A stretch of 64,000 bases of DNA from Candidatus Aenigmarchaeota archaeon LH_S7 (lineage in GTDB: Archaea > Aenigmatarchaeota > Aenigmatarchaeia > QMZS01), in the NCBI GenBank assembly GCA_023659895.1, contig JAGXOL010000003.1, positions 1,549 through 65,548 of the forward strand. Direction: 5' to 3'. The translations under genes were made by a program, and so were the position numbers. This document shows, piece after piece, positions 1 through 10,207 of the stretch. Below the pieces are notes generated by a model that worked only from the letters and a program-made list of their open reading frames with translations, was not told the DNA's origin and searched no databases. Position 1 is the stretch's first letter. The number at the start of each line of letters is the position of its first letter.

Positions 1-2
1 CT

Positions 3-3000
3 AATGAATTAGGAACTTATAATATAACAAAAATTTATCTGAATGATACCTCTGGAAATTTGAAAGAAATTGATTTAACAGATTTCTTTGAAATTATTGA
101 ATTAAACCTGAGTTCTTCACTCTCTAATCAATCAATAGAAATAAATAAAACACAAATTTTCTCCGCAAATATATCAGGAAATGCTTCCTCAATTTCTAAA
201 GTGGAAGCAAAAATTTCAAAACCAGATAATTCAACTGAAACTATAGACTTTAATTTTGAAAATAAAACCAATAATATTTATTTTTATACTAAAAATTACC
301 AAAATATAGACTTATCCGGAAATTATTCTGTAAATACAACAGTAATATTAAGCTCAAAAATCAATAAAACAGAGCAGGCGAACTTTAATGTATCTTATGG
401 AAACATTTTAATAAAAGCTGAAAACAGAACTCTTGTAAAGAATACCACTTACGATCTCCCAATATTTATTGTTCCTAACAAGGGTGATTTATTAAATATA
501 TCTGTAAACATATCCATAGAAAATGAAACCATTATAAACTCAACAAATAAAACAAATGATATAGGGGATATTTTATGGAAAGACAATTATCAGGGTAAGG
601 GAGTATTTTTCCCAATTAATTCAACAGCGAATGGAACTACAACGATAAATATAACAGCTTATTCTCCAAATCTGAATGAAAGCAAAAGTATAAATATTAC
701 AGTAATTCGGAAGGACGATACCCCTCCAGAAATAAACAAATTTAACTATTATAATCTTACAAACTTAAATGAAATAAACAAATTTTTAATAAATACCACA
801 GAAAATGAAACAGCAATAAAAAATGTTTCTGTTGAAGTAACATGGCCAAGTAATATTACCAAGAATATCTCTGCAAATTTGAATCCCAACAATTTGTATG
901 AACTAAATTTTAATGGAACAAATGAAAATGGAACTTACGAATTTAAAATTTATTCTTGTAATCTTGCAGATAACTGTGTGGATACAATAGCAGAAGAATT
1001 TAATGTAACAAATGAATATAAAACAGTTATACTTACCTACAATCCTTACAACAAAGGAGATAAAATAAATTTCAATGTATCTGTAAAAGATGTTAGAAAT
1101 TTACCTGTAGAAGGATTTAATCTAACTTTAGTACTTAACAAGGCTGGTGATGATGTTACCCTAGTTAACAATACTATTACAAACTTTGGAAGTTACCGGA
1201 TAGAACCAGAAGATGAGCCTGGAGCTGTCAAAGAAAAGGCTGATTCTACGAATTATACAATTTATGTAAATGTAACGAAAAACCGAAATAGTGGAGAATA
1301 TAATGAGAATTTTGTTGTCTCTGAAGAAATTCCTACAGAAATTATTTACCCGGAAACAGGGTACTATCCTCCAAATACAGGAGTAGATATGAATGTCTCT
1401 GTGGTAGATATGCACAGTGAAGTTGTAGAGGGTGCTGCTGTTACTGCTTATTGTCCAAAGTGCACTAAAGATTATGCAAGATTAACTTTTGATCCAGAAA
1501 CAGGACGTTATAAAGGCAGTTCTATATTTACAGCTCCAGATGAAGACTTTGAAATTTTTATTTATTCAAGTTCTTATTTTGGTGGAAACCTTGGTTATAC
1601 TGGAAGAATGTTTACAACAACTAAAACTACTACAGAACCTTCTGAAGGAGATGGAGGTGGAGGTGGAGGAGGTGTTCCAGGAATAACTAATTGCACCTGT
1701 AAAGAGTGGAAAGATAAAGGCTGTGGTTTATCTAACTGCTCCGCAACAGAGATGTATCAAACAAGAGTATGTAATCCTTCAGGTTGTTTAGCAGAAAAAC
1801 AATGTGTTTATAATCCTATTTGCAAACCAGAAAAAGATTTTAGAATTTCAATTGATCAAGAAATACTAGAAATTGAACAAGGAGAAACAAAAAAATCTTC
1901 CATAAAACTTGAGAATACTGGAGAAAAACTTTTAAAGTTAGGTATTTCTCTAGAGAAAGAATGCTGTGATTTAAATTATACAGAAAGATTAGAACTTAGG
2001 AAAAAAGAAATAAAAACAATGCCGATTTTAATTCATACAAAACTTTCTCAAAAGGTGGGGGATTATTTAGTAAAGTTTAAAGTAAAAAGTGAGGATATAG
2101 AAAAAGAAGAAAATTTGAAAGTAGTGGTTAAAGAAAATCCACTCATTTCTTACTTAAATTCAGTTAAAAAGAAGTTGCCTGAATTAAAAGATGAAGTTAG
2201 TGGATATAGAGAAGCAGGGGTTGATGTTACTGATTTAGAAAGAAGAACACAAGAGATAGAAACTCTTATTAAAGAATCAAATTTGAGTATAAAAACAGAC
2301 AATCTAGATAATTTAGAAAAACAAGTTGATGAAATTAAAACAAAAACTGATTATATAGATAGCAAACTAATAACTTTAAAAATAAGAAAGTTCCTACTTG
2401 AAAACAAATGGAATTTGGTTTTAGCAGCGATTATTATCTTAATATCTTCCTACTTAATAACCCAAGTTACCTACCCATATTTTAGACTCAGTAGGGAAAT
2501 AAAAAATTTAAAAGAGAAAGAGCAGGAAATTACAAACTCCAGAAAAGAAACAGAGAAAAAATATTTTTTAAGGAAGATTGATGAAAAAACATTTAGAGAT
2601 ATCATGGTTAAGACTCAGCAAAAGATTTACGAACTAAGAGGTAAGCTAAAAAGAAAAAAGAAAGCTAAAGCGAATTTCTTAAAAGAAAAATTGCTTCCAA
2701 CTGCCTTATTAAAGTGGGTTATATCTTTGCCAGTTTCTTTTTTTAGATATTCGAAAGGTTTGGTAACAAAATTAAAACATAAATTTGGAAAAATAAAACT
2801 AAAAAATAAAGTTAGAGATATAAAAAGGAAAAAACTTAAAATAAAACAAATTATAAGTGATCCTAAATTTTTTAATAGAGAAGTAACACTCAAGGGTGAA
2901 GTTTCATTTATTCAGAAGACCTCTGAAGGAGACTTTATTTACAAAATAAGAGATGAAACCGGAGATATTTATATTTTCAGTAATAAGAAACTTAAGGAGG

Positions 3001-3071
3001 GTGAAAATGTGATAACAGGAGTTTTACATAAATCTATGATTGGACAAAGGTATATAGAAATTAAAGTTTAG
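3..3071 (+). CDS. Large secreted/surface protein, 5'-truncated by the window edge. It has a sequon-rich ectodomain, poly-Gly linker, Cys-rich module, TM helix and Lys-rich coiled-coil tail.
   Basis: The 60..3071 frame stays open back to nt 3 (NELGTYNITKIYLNDTSGN precedes the listed TTG), so the gene starts upstream. Other features are dozens of N-x-S/T sequons, GDGGGGGGGVPG, CTCKEWKDKGCGLSNC..CNPSGC..CVYNPIC and the hydrophobic WNLVLAAIIILISSYLI. No family recognised. Confidence 0.6.
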   Translation, partial: NELGTYNITKIYLNDTSGNLKEIDLTDFFEIIELNLSSSLSNQSIEINKTQIFSANISGNASSISKVEAKISKPDNSTETIDFNFENKTNNIYFYTKNYQNIDLSGNYSVNTTVILSSKINKTEQANFNVSYGNILIKAENRTLVKNTTYDLPIFIVPNKGDLLNISVNISIENETIINSTNKTNDIGDILWKDNYQGKGVFFPINSTANGTTTINITAYSPNLNESKSINITVIRKDDTPPEINKFNYYNLTNLNEINKFLINTTENETAIKNVSVEVTWPSNITKNISANLNPNNLYELNFNGTNENGTYEFKIYSCNLADNCVDTIAEEFNVTNEYKTVILTYNPYNKGDKINFNVSVKDVRNLPVEGFNLTLVLNKAGDDVTLVNNTITNFGSYRIEPEDEPGAVKEKADSTNYTIYVNVTKNRNSGEYNENFVVSEEIPTEIIYPETGYYPPNTGVDMNVSVVDMHSEVVEGAAVTAYCPKCTKDYARLTFDPETGRYKGSSIFTAPDEDFEIFIYSSSYFGGNLGYTGRMFTTTKTTTEPSEGDGGGGGGGVPGITNCTCKEWKDKGCGLSNCSATEMYQTRVCNPSGCLAEKQCVYNPICKPEKDFRISIDQEILEIEQGETKKSSIKLENTGEKLLKLGISLEKECCDLNYTERLELRKKEIKTMPILIHTKLSQKVGDYLVKFKVKSEDIEKEENLKVVVKENPLISYLNSVKKKLPELKDEVSGYREAGVDVTDLERRTQEIETLIKESNLSIKTDNLDNLEKQVDEIKTKTDYIDSKLITLKIRKFLLENKWNLVLAAIIILISSYLITQVTYPYFRLSREIKNLKEKEQEITNSRKETEKKYFLRKIDEKTFRDIMVKTQQKIYELRGKLKRKKKAKANFLKEKLLPTALLKWVISLPVSFFRYSKGLVTKLKHKFGKIKLKNKVRDIKRKKLKIKQIISDPKFFNREVTLKGEVSFIQKTSEGDFIYKIRDETGDIYIFSNKKLKEGENVITGVLHKSMIGQRYIEIKV

Positions 3072-3199
3072 TCTACTATTTACATAACTTCTTCTTCATC
3101 TACCCTTTTGTAGCTATGCAATTCTTCTGGTTTGAGCCATAATTTAATTTTTTAGACTATTCTATCCACTAGTGTTTTTTAGAGAGTTAATTAAAAAGT

Positions 3200-4018
3200 T
3201 TAGACTAATTTCTTGAAAACTTTTGCAACCTTTTTATGGAGATTGTACCCCAAGATATTATTTATTCTAGGTAAATCGCAACAATAATTAAATTCATTGA
3301 ATAAATATTCTCCATTTTTATAGAAAAAGTCAAAAGCGCCTATATTCAAATTTATCTCCTTTGCCACTATATTTGAGTATTTTTTTAATTTGGAGTCCAT
3401 ATTGAACTTAAAAACATTTTCGTAGATAGAAGTCTTCCAATTGGTTTTAGTTGAAGACAAAGCAAACAAAGGTTTTTTGTTTAAAATAAAAACCCTAACT
3501 AGCTTATCAAAATTTATATAGTCTTCAATTAAGAAAGGATATGTTTTGTATGATTTTTCAAGTCTCTTCTTATATAAACTTAACAATTTCGGAGAAGTTT
3601 TTCTTATCTTTTCAACATAATAACCTGCTCTCCCAAGAATAGGTTTATAAATTTTGTTTTTATTTAATAAATTTCTCAATTTTGATTTAGGTAATAAAAG
3701 TTCAGATTCTAACATAGGAACTTTATCTTTAAGTAATTCGTAACAGAGTAACTTATTTTGAAAAGTTAGAACATTATCTGGTGTATCCACAAACCTGCTA
3801 CCTCTTATTTCAAAAATCTTAGAGATATAATAACTAAGCAACCCACAATTCTCATAAGGCATCATCCTTGAATAAACTAAATCATATTTTTTTGGGTTAA
3901 AGTCTTTATTCTTGGATACATCTATAACTTCAACATTGATATCTATTTTATTGAGTTCTTTTATTAACTTAGGTTCAAAGTTAGAACTTAAAGTCTCTGT
4001 TATTAACAAAACATTCAT
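3200..4018 (-). CDS. ATP-grasp fold ligase-like protein (RimK-type)
   Basis: 272 aa. The motif order resembles ATP-grasp enzymes: KPILGRAGYYVEKI, FLIEDYINFDKLVRVFILN, NWKTSIYEN, GAFDFFYKNGEYLFNEFN. Recognised from memory only. Confidence 0.5.
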   Translation of the reverse strand: MNVLLITETLSSNFEPKLIKELNKIDINVEVIDVSKNKDFNPKKYDLVYSRMMPYENCGLLSYYISKIFEIRGSRFVDTPDNVLTFQNKLLCYELLKDKVPMLESELLLPKSKLRNLLNKNKIYKPILGRAGYYVEKIRKTSPKLLSLYKKRLEKSYKTYPFLIEDYINFDKLVRVFILNKKPLFALSSTKTNWKTSIYENVFKFNMDSKLKKYSNIVAKEINLNIGAFDFFYKNGEYLFNEFNYCCDLPRINNILGYNLHKKVAKVFKKLV

Positions 4019-4041
4019 AAAAATAAAAATAGAAAAAAATA

Positions 4042-4602
4042 TTATTCTCCTGCTTGCTTCTGTTTTTCGGTTTTATTTTCTTCGGATGTACCTCCTCCGC
4101 CTGTAGCTGTCACAAACCAAACCAATACACCTATTATAATCAATATTATTGCCAATGCTAACAAATCCGTTCCAAATGTCATGAAAGTGAATGTAGGCCA
4201 TGAATAACCACTAATAATCGCTCCTGCTATCAAGATTATTGCTGCAACGACAGATAATTTTGCCCAACTAAACTCACCTTTTCCCTTTAATAAGTCAGGA
4301 TTTATTATTGTGAACAGCATTACTATTCCTATGATTACTGAAGCAAACATTACTATTGTTCCGCTTACTGATGCTAGGAAAGCACCAAATGCTGGTCCAA
4401 AAGATACTACTATTAAGAATCCTGCTACAATTCCTATAATCCCTGATACTCCTCTTGCTACTGGCTTATCAGCACCCCCAAAAATTTCACTTTTGATTAG
4501 CAAACCATAGAATATTGCGAAGCTGAAAATCCATGGGAATACTGTATTGAAAAGCATGGAGCATATGTTTGGATCCGTTATTATATTTCCACAAGTTACC
4601 AT
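4042..4602 (-). CDS. Polytopic membrane protein, unknown function
   Basis: 186 aa with about 5 hydrophobic helices and the tail GGGGTSEENKTEKQKQAGE. No family recognised. Confidence 0.5.
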   Translation of the reverse strand: MVTCGNIITDPNICSMLFNTVFPWIFSFAIFYGLLIKSEIFGGADKPVARGVSGIIGIVAGFLIVVSFGPAFGAFLASVSGTIVMFASVIIGIVMLFTIINPDLLKGKGEFSWAKLSVVAAIILIAGAIISGYSWPTFTFMTFGTDLLALAIILIIIGVLVWFVTATGGGGTSEENKTEKQKQAGE

Positions 4603-4659
4603 AAAATAATTTATTTAAATATATAAAAACTTACTTAATAATTTTAATAGGTTTAGATT

Positions 4660-6102
4660 ATGAAGGAAAAATTGAAGAAAATCTCAGATGTAGAATATTT
4701 AATTCCTAAGAGCTCCAGAGAAAAGATGAGAGTTAATGCTAAATTAATTTCCACAGATAAAATTCTGGAAGCTGCTGAGGATGAAGCAATCAAGCAATTG
4801 ACGAATGTGGCATGCTTACCAGGGGTTGTGGAGCCTGTCTACGGCATGCCTGATATTCACTGGGGTTATGGGCTTCCTATGGGGGCTGTAGGAGCTTTTG
4901 ATTCAGAAGAAGGTGTAATCTCAAGTGGTTGTACAGGTTTTGATATTAACTGCGGAATTAGGATGATTAAGACAAATTTGAGTTATGAGGAAGTAAAGCC
5001 AAAATTGAAAGAATTAATAGATGTTTTGTTTAAGCAGGTTCCTTCTGGTGTTGGAGCCAAAGGAAAATTGAAATTGGACAAGGATGAATTGGATGAAGTT
5101 TTAGTCAAGGGAGCAAAATGGGCTGAGGAGAATAATTACGCAACAAAAAAGGACTTGGAAAACATGGAAGAGAATGGGTGCATGGAAGGAGCAGATATAA
5201 ACAAGATTTCAGATACAGCTAAAAAAAGGGGGAGGCCACAATTAGGAACTCTAGGTGCAGGCAATCACTTTCTTGAAGTCCAGAAAGCAGATAATATTTT
5301 TGATGAGAAAACTGGAAAAGCTTTTGGTGTTGATGAGAAAGGTAATGTGATTATAATGTTGCATTGTGGTTCTCGTGGTCTAGGTCACCAGGTTGCATCT
5401 GATTACTTGCAGATTCATAGAAATGCTGTTAAGAAGCACAATATTTGGCTTCCTGATAATCAACTAGTTTGCGCACCTGCAAATTCCCAAGAAGGACAAG
5501 ATTATTATTCAGCTATGAAAGGTGCAGTTAATTATGCTTTTACAAACAGAACAGTGATGACCAGCTGGGTTAGAGAAGGTTTTGAGAAAGTTTTTGGAAG
5601 AAAGTGGGAAGACATGGGAATGGATTTGATTTATGATGTTTGTCACAATATTTGTAAGTTGGAGGAGCATGAAGTTGGAGGAGAAAAGAGAAATTTGTAT
5701 GTGCACAGGAAAGGTGCAACAAGGAGTTTGCCTTCTGGGCATTATCTACTACCTGATTCTTACAAAAATGTTGGACAGCCTGTTTTGATTGCTGGTTCAA
5801 TGGGAACAGCAAGTTATATATTGGTTGGTGGAGAGAAAGCAAAAGGTACTTTCTACTCAAGTGCTCACGGTGCTGGAAGAGTGATGTCAAGGAAGAAAGC
5901 AATAAGAGATTTCAGGGGGAATACAATTAGAGAAGATTTAGCTAAAAGAGGAATTATTGCAAAGTCCACAAGCCCAAAAGTTCTGGCTGAGGAAAGCCCT
6001 GATGCTTATAAGGACATTGATGAGGTTGCAAAAGCTGCAGATATTTCAGGTATATCAAAGAAAGTTGTGAGAGTTGTTCCAATAGGGGTTGTCAAGGGTT
6101 AA
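4660..6102 (+). CDS. rtcB: RNA 3'-phosphate/tRNA-splicing ligase RtcB
   Basis: 480 aa with diagnostic RtcB blocks PDIHWGYGLPMGAV, GFDINCG, GAGNHFLEVQ, HCGSRGLGHQVA, SSAHGAGR. Confidence 0.95.
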   Translation: MKEKLKKISDVEYLIPKSSREKMRVNAKLISTDKILEAAEDEAIKQLTNVACLPGVVEPVYGMPDIHWGYGLPMGAVGAFDSEEGVISSGCTGFDINCGIRMIKTNLSYEEVKPKLKELIDVLFKQVPSGVGAKGKLKLDKDELDEVLVKGAKWAEENNYATKKDLENMEENGCMEGADINKISDTAKKRGRPQLGTLGAGNHFLEVQKADNIFDEKTGKAFGVDEKGNVIIMLHCGSRGLGHQVASDYLQIHRNAVKKHNIWLPDNQLVCAPANSQEGQDYYSAMKGAVNYAFTNRTVMTSWVREGFEKVFGRKWEDMGMDLIYDVCHNICKLEEHEVGGEKRNLYVHRKGATRSLPSGHYLLPDSYKNVGQPVLIAGSMGTASYILVGGEKAKGTFYSSAHGAGRVMSRKKAIRDFRGNTIREDLAKRGIIAKSTSPKVLAEESPDAYKDIDEVAKAADISGISKKVVRVVPIGVVKG

Positions 6103-6125
6103 ATCAAAACCTATATTTTTAACAA

Positions 6126-6821
6126 TTATTTCTTCTTCCTCTTGCCTGTTCTCTTAGGTGCTATGCTGCCAACTTTTCTTCCAGGTGAGGCATGTCTTGA
6201 GGTTGAGGTTGATTGACCAGGTTTTGTCTTTCCACCATATGGATGATCCACAGGGTTCATCTTGCTACCAGAAGTTTTAGGGAATAAACCCCCTCTTGAT
6301 TTTATTCTTCTCCATTTTATTCCAGCTTTCAAAAATGGTTTTGAGACTCTTCCATAACCAGCAGGTTTGCCAACTATTGCCCTGCAATTATTTTTTAATT
6401 TCTTAATTTTTTTGGAAGGTAATTGAATATATGTATTTTCTTTCTCATGGGATTTGACTATAGCAAAAGTCCCTGAGGATTTGCAGTATTTACCACCATC
6501 TTTGTACTTTGATTCCATGAAATAAACAGAGGAGCCTTCAGGGATTTTACCTAAAGGAATTATATTGCCTAAAGCAGGTTTTGCTTCTGGGGAGATTTCC
6601 AATTCCTGTGAAGTTGTAAGGCCAACAGGAGCCACAACATATTCAGTTGAGTTATCCTCAAACTGGATTTTTGCTATAGGGGTATCTCTACCAGAAACAT
6701 GCTTAATATCAATAACCTTAGCTTTTCCTTCTTTTTTGGGTAGTTTTATCTCTTCCCTTTTTTTAGATCTGTAGGGAAAGGTTCCTTTACCTCTTCTCTG
6801 CGAAATAATTCTTTTTCCCAT
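6126..6821 (-). CDS. rpl2: Ribosomal protein uL2
   Basis: 231 aa. Motifs are GRDTPIAKIQFEDN, MNPVDHPYGGKTKPGQSTSTSR and a basic C-terminus. The gene stands alone, with no L23/S19 neighbours. Confidence 0.9.
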   Translation of the reverse strand: MGKRIISQRRGKGTFPYRSKKREEIKLPKKEGKAKVIDIKHVSGRDTPIAKIQFEDNSTEYVVAPVGLTTSQELEISPEAKPALGNIIPLGKIPEGSSVYFMESKYKDGGKYCKSSGTFAIVKSHEKENTYIQLPSKKIKKLKNNCRAIVGKPAGYGRVSKPFLKAGIKWRRIKSRGGLFPKTSGSKMNPVDHPYGGKTKPGQSTSTSRHASPGRKVGSIAPKRTGKRKKK

Positions 6822-6991
6822 AAACCTTTTATTGGCTAAATAATTTAAAAAGGTTTAATCCAAAAAAATGAAATTGGATAACAAAGGGTCTTAGCCCTGT
6901 AAAGAAATTTATATATATAAAAGAGTTATAATTATAAGACTCTATAAATTCCTGTTGGTTTGTCTGGTTTTTGTAGGATTGTTTAGTTAGT

Positions 6992-7105
6992 ATGGGCTGG
7001 AAGGTTTTGTTGGTTGTTGGGATTTTGGTTTTGATTTTAGTGTTTTCTGGAGGTTCTGTTCCTAGTGGAGGTTCTGTTCCTAGTAGTCCACCTGGATTGC
7101 CTTGA
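6992..7105 (+). CDS. Possible 37-aa small membrane peptide (MGWKVLLVVGILVLILVFSGGSVPSGGSVPSSPPGLP)
   Basis: Hand-translated ATG..TGA ORF below the track cutoff. It has one hydrophobic helix and contains a perfect 2 x 18 bp tandem repeat (7049-7066, 7067-7084). There is no other support. Confidence 0.2.
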   Translation: MGWKVLLVVGILVLILVFSGGSVPSGGSVPSSPPGLP

Positions 7106-7131
7106 TCTTTTAAGATACTATTAATTATATT

Positions 7132-7584
7132 TTAAGGGCAATCTGTTCCCTCATACCAATCGCAGTCTGTTGGGTCATCCTCTCTACAACAACAAACATG
7201 GTTTGGCATTGGTATGCCTTCACAAGAAGTTGGATCGGAGGCTTCTTCCAAGTTTACTTCTGCAGAAAGTCCACTACAATAAGCTTTTGCAGTAATCGCA
7301 CCATCAAATTTTTCTTCAAGTCCAGGATAATTAGTACTATCAAAATGATCATAATCATAACTGTATCTCCGCCAGTCCAAACATTCCTTCTGTAAATTTG
7401 CTTCAGAAGTTAATCCTTCTGCAGCAGGATTAAAAATTCCTGTAAAAAACAAAACTATAACTGCAAGTACCAGAACAGAGATAACAATTATAATAATTGT
7501 TTGAATAGATAGAGACACTCCTTTTAGTTTTATGATATTATTTAATTTCTTTAAGTTTACCAAACATTTTCTTATAAACTTCAA
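7132..7584 (-). CDS. Type IV pilin-like secreted protein with a Cys-containing C-terminal domain
   Basis: N-terminal KLKG|VSLSIQTIIIIVISVLVLAVIVLFF fits an archaeal class III signal peptide. The C-terminal block ECLDWRRYSYDYDHFDSTNYPGLEEKFDGAITAKAYC is paralogous to the 10204-10488 product. The listed start overlaps the 7538-7846 gene, so the true start is uncertain. Confidence 0.5.
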   Translation of the reverse strand: MKFIRKCLVNLKKLNNIIKLKGVSLSIQTIIIIVISVLVLAVIVLFFTGIFNPAAEGLTSEANLQKECLDWRRYSYDYDHFDSTNYPGLEEKFDGAITAKAYCSGLSAEVNLEEASDPTSCEGIPMPNHVCCCREDDPTDCDWYEGTDCP

Positions 7585-7846
7585 ATTTTTTTAAAGTTAG
7601 CAAATGCAATTCAAATTCGTAAGGTAATTTTAGTTCTTTCCTTATCTCTGCGATTATTTTGGCTCTTCTCAAACCTTTTTCTGGAATAGAGGACGAGCAA
7701 ATTAAAATATCTATATCACTGCAGGCACTGTACTTTTTTTTAATTACACTACCAAATCCATAGACATGAGTATCACCTAAAATTTTTGTACTTAGTTCTT
7801 TTATTTCTTTTGCATAAGTCTCCCAATTTTTAAAAACTTCATTCAT
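7538..7846 (-). CDS. Minimal nucleotidyltransferase (MNT-type, antitoxin-like)
   Basis: 102 aa with the GFGSVIKKKYSACSDIDILI signature (GS-x9-11-DxD). It overlaps the upstream HEPN gene by 4 bp. Confidence 0.75.
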   Translation of the reverse strand: MNEVFKNWETYAKEIKELSTKILGDTHVYGFGSVIKKKYSACSDIDILICSSSIPEKGLRRAKIIAEIRKELKLPYEFELHLLTLKKFEVYKKMFGKLKEIK

Positions 7847-8217
7847 CCTACTAACTGTATAATTTTCTGGACTACTTCTACAAGTTTTTTTATCTCCGCT
7901 ATTTCAAACTCTCTGGCAAAATACCTTGATGTTATATATGCATCTTCCAATAATGCTAATCCTAAACTTTCGTCCTCCAATAATTTTTTTGCTCTTTCAT
8001 CCAATTCTGCTACCTGTGATAATAGAATCCTCAAAGAATGTGTTTTTGGATAATATCCTTTTTTCTCTAACAAAAAAGATTTTAAAAAAAGTTGTGCCGC
8101 CTGTTCCAAATTAAAAGCTGCTAAATCAAAAATTTTTTTATTTGCTAAACTTTCAGCATTTTCAAAAAAATTTCTCGCTTTCTTCTTTAACAAGTTTGTT
8201 TCTTCTTTTGAACCCAT
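7843..8217 (-). CDS. HEPN domain protein (partner of the MNT)
   Basis: 124 aa, all-helical, with KTHSLRILL and EDAYITSRYFAREF resembling the PF05168-type HEPN signature. It is translationally coupled to the MNT gene. Confidence 0.7.
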   Translation of the reverse strand: MGSKEETNLLKKKARNFFENAESLANKKIFDLAAFNLEQAAQLFLKSFLLEKKGYYPKTHSLRILLSQVAELDERAKKLLEDESLGLALLEDAYITSRYFAREFEIAEIKKLVEVVQKIIQLVG

Positions 8218-8245
8218 AACTAAATATTTAAATACTACTTAATAA

Positions 8246-8569
8246 ATGAAAGGAATCAATTTGCCTGTAAATTCTGTGATTATAATTACTCTTGCAATAC
8301 TGGTTCTTGTTTTTTTAGGGTACATGTTCATCACAGGAACAAATCCTCTTCCCCAAACTGTAAAGCCAGAAAATGCTTTTAACATAGGATGTAAGAAATA
8401 TTTTGAAACCGAAAATTCTCCAGAAAATATTCCGGTCGGAGATATAAATAATGATGGAAACCAGGATAATTTACTTACCGCCTGCAGATTATATTACTCA
8501 AATGAAAGTATGGAAGCAGAGGGATGTGAGCAAAGGTGTAGGGATAGATTTCCCTATGTTAGTAGATGA
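8246..8569 (+). CDS. Type IV pilin-like secreted protein
   Basis: MKG|INLPVNSVIIITLAILVLVFLGYMF fits a class III signal peptide. The mature part contains Cys residues and the gene lies immediately upstream of the pilus ATPase. Confidence 0.5.
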   Translation: MKGINLPVNSVIIITLAILVLVFLGYMFITGTNPLPQTVKPENAFNIGCKKYFETENSPENIPVGDINNDGNQDNLLTACRLYYSNESMEAEGCEQRCRDRFPYVSR

Positions 8570-8713
8570 AACTCCCAACCGAGGTAGAGCCTTGGAGTAT
8601 CAAAAAAATAATTATTCTAACTGTTATGAAATTCCTATTAATCCACTCAAACAAACTGGAATACAAAATTGTTAAAAATTTAAATTAGATTTTTGTATTA
8701 ATTTTAAAGATAT

Positions 8714-10207
8714 ATGATTATGTTCAAAATTGAGGAAGCTACTCAAAAGATTAAAAGGTGTAAGGATTTAAAGAAATTGGATACCTCTTATTACTTGTTA
8801 AAACCTCACGCAAAAGTTCATTTATATTATGATAAAAAATCAAAAGAACTTGTTTATGAATTGAAAGAGCCTCAAACTAATAAAAAGGATGATGAAATAT
8901 CTGAACAACTTTATGATGATCTTCTGCAATTAATAGATTTGTCCCCCAAAGAAATTGAAAGCAGGGACAATTTGATTGATTTTTTGGAGAAAAAAATTAA
9001 ATATCTTATAAAGGAGCACGATTTTAAAGTTGGGGAAAAGAGATTCAAGAAAATAATGTATTATATTTATAGGGATTTTGTTGGTCTTGACAAGATAGAA
9101 CCTTTGATGCATGATGATTATATTGAAGATATTAACTGCAACGGAACAAACATTAACATTTACATAAAGCACAGGTTGTTTGGGAGTATGAGAACTAATA
9201 TAAAATATGAAGATACTACAAATCTGAAAAATTTTGTTATAAAATTAGCTCAAAGATGTAACAAATACATTACTTACACAAATCCTTTTCTGGAAGGTAG
9301 TTTAGAGGATGGTTCAAGGGTTCAGGGAACAATCTCAAAGGAACTCTCACCAAGAGGTCCTAATTTTTCAATAAGAAAATTCAGGAAAATTCCTTTCTCT
9401 CCAACAGAACTCATTTCTTTGAATTCAATTTCTTCAGAAGGTTTAGCTTATTTATGGTATTTAATAGAGAATCAGGCAAGTATATTGGTAATAGGTGGTG
9501 CAGGAGCTGGGAAGACTACTTTCATAAATACTTTATCAACCTTCATACCTCCTAAAGCAAAAATTGTTTCTATTGAAGACACAAGAGAGGTTAAACTGTT
9601 CCATGAGAATTGGATTTCCACTGTTTCAAGGGAATCTGTTGGGGGTCTAAAAATTGGGGAAGTTGACTTGTACAAATTACTCAGAGAGAGTTTTCGTGAA
9701 AATCCTGATTATGTAATAGTTGGTGAAGTCCGTGGTAAGGAAACTTATGTAATGTTCCAAGGAATTGCTTCTGGACATCCTACTTTATCCACTTTCCACT
9801 CTGAAGATCTTGAATCAGTTATCTCACGTTTGAAAACACCTCCAATTAATCTACCCAGTTCCCTAATTGAACTAATAGATTGTGTGGTTATCTTAACAAA
9901 AATTGAGAAAGGTAATAAAGTAACAAGAAGGGTCCTAAATGTTGAAGAATTGTTAAGTATTAACCCAAGAACTGGGAATATGGACACTACTAAAACACTT
10001 GCTTGGGACAGTAGTGGTAAGAAATTTAATTACAGTAAAGATAGCAGATTCTTGGATAAGTTGTCTTTGAGCCAGGATATATCTAAAGAAAAAATAAATA
10101 AGGAGATAAATAAGAGGAAAAAATTCTTGGACAATTTAGTAAAGAAGAAGGTCTTTGATATAGAGGATGTACAGAAAGAAATAGAAAAATACTATTCTAA
10201 ATTATGA
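8714..10207 (+). CDS. Type IV pilus/archaellum-type secretion ATPase (PilB/FlaI/VirB11 superfamily)
   Basis: 497 aa. Walker A is VIGGAGAGKTTFINTL, Walker B/Asp box is ENPDYVIVGEVRGKE, and the His box is GHPTLSTFHS. Confidence 0.85.
   Translation: MIMFKIEEATQKIKRCKDLKKLDTSYYLLKPHAKVHLYYDKKSKELVYELKEPQTNKKDDEISEQLYDDLLQLIDLSPKEIESRDNLIDFLEKKIKYLIKEHDFKVGEKRFKKIMYYIYRDFVGLDKIEPLMHDDYIEDINCNGTNINIYIKHRLFGSMRTNIKYEDTTNLKNFVIKLAQRCNKYITYTNPFLEGSLEDGSRVQGTISKELSPRGPNFSIRKFRKIPFSPTELISLNSISSEGLAYLWYLIENQASILVIGGAGAGKTTFINTLSTFIPPKAKIVSIEDTREVKLFHENWISTVSRESVGGLKIGEVDLYKLLRESFRENPDYVIVGEVRGKETYVMFQGIASGHPTLSTFHSEDLESVISRLKTPPINLPSSLIELIDCVVILTKIEKGNKVTRRVLNVEELLSINPRTGNMDTTKTLAWDSSGKKFNYSKDSRFLDKLSLSQDISKEKINKEINKRKKFLDNLVKKKVFDIEDVQKEIEKYYSKL

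Noticed and set aside
7049-7084. Perfect 2 x 18 bp tandem repeat GGAGGTTCTGTTCCTAGT
   Set aside because: It is real in the sequence but has only two copies. It is most simply explained as a GGSVPS duplication inside a possible small ORF, and it is not treated as a regulatory or satellite feature.
8451-8675. 74-aa ORF overlapping the 3' end of the pilin-like gene in another frame
   Set aside because: It overlaps the better-supported 8246-8569 gene in an alternative frame and then runs into intergenic sequence. No motifs are present.
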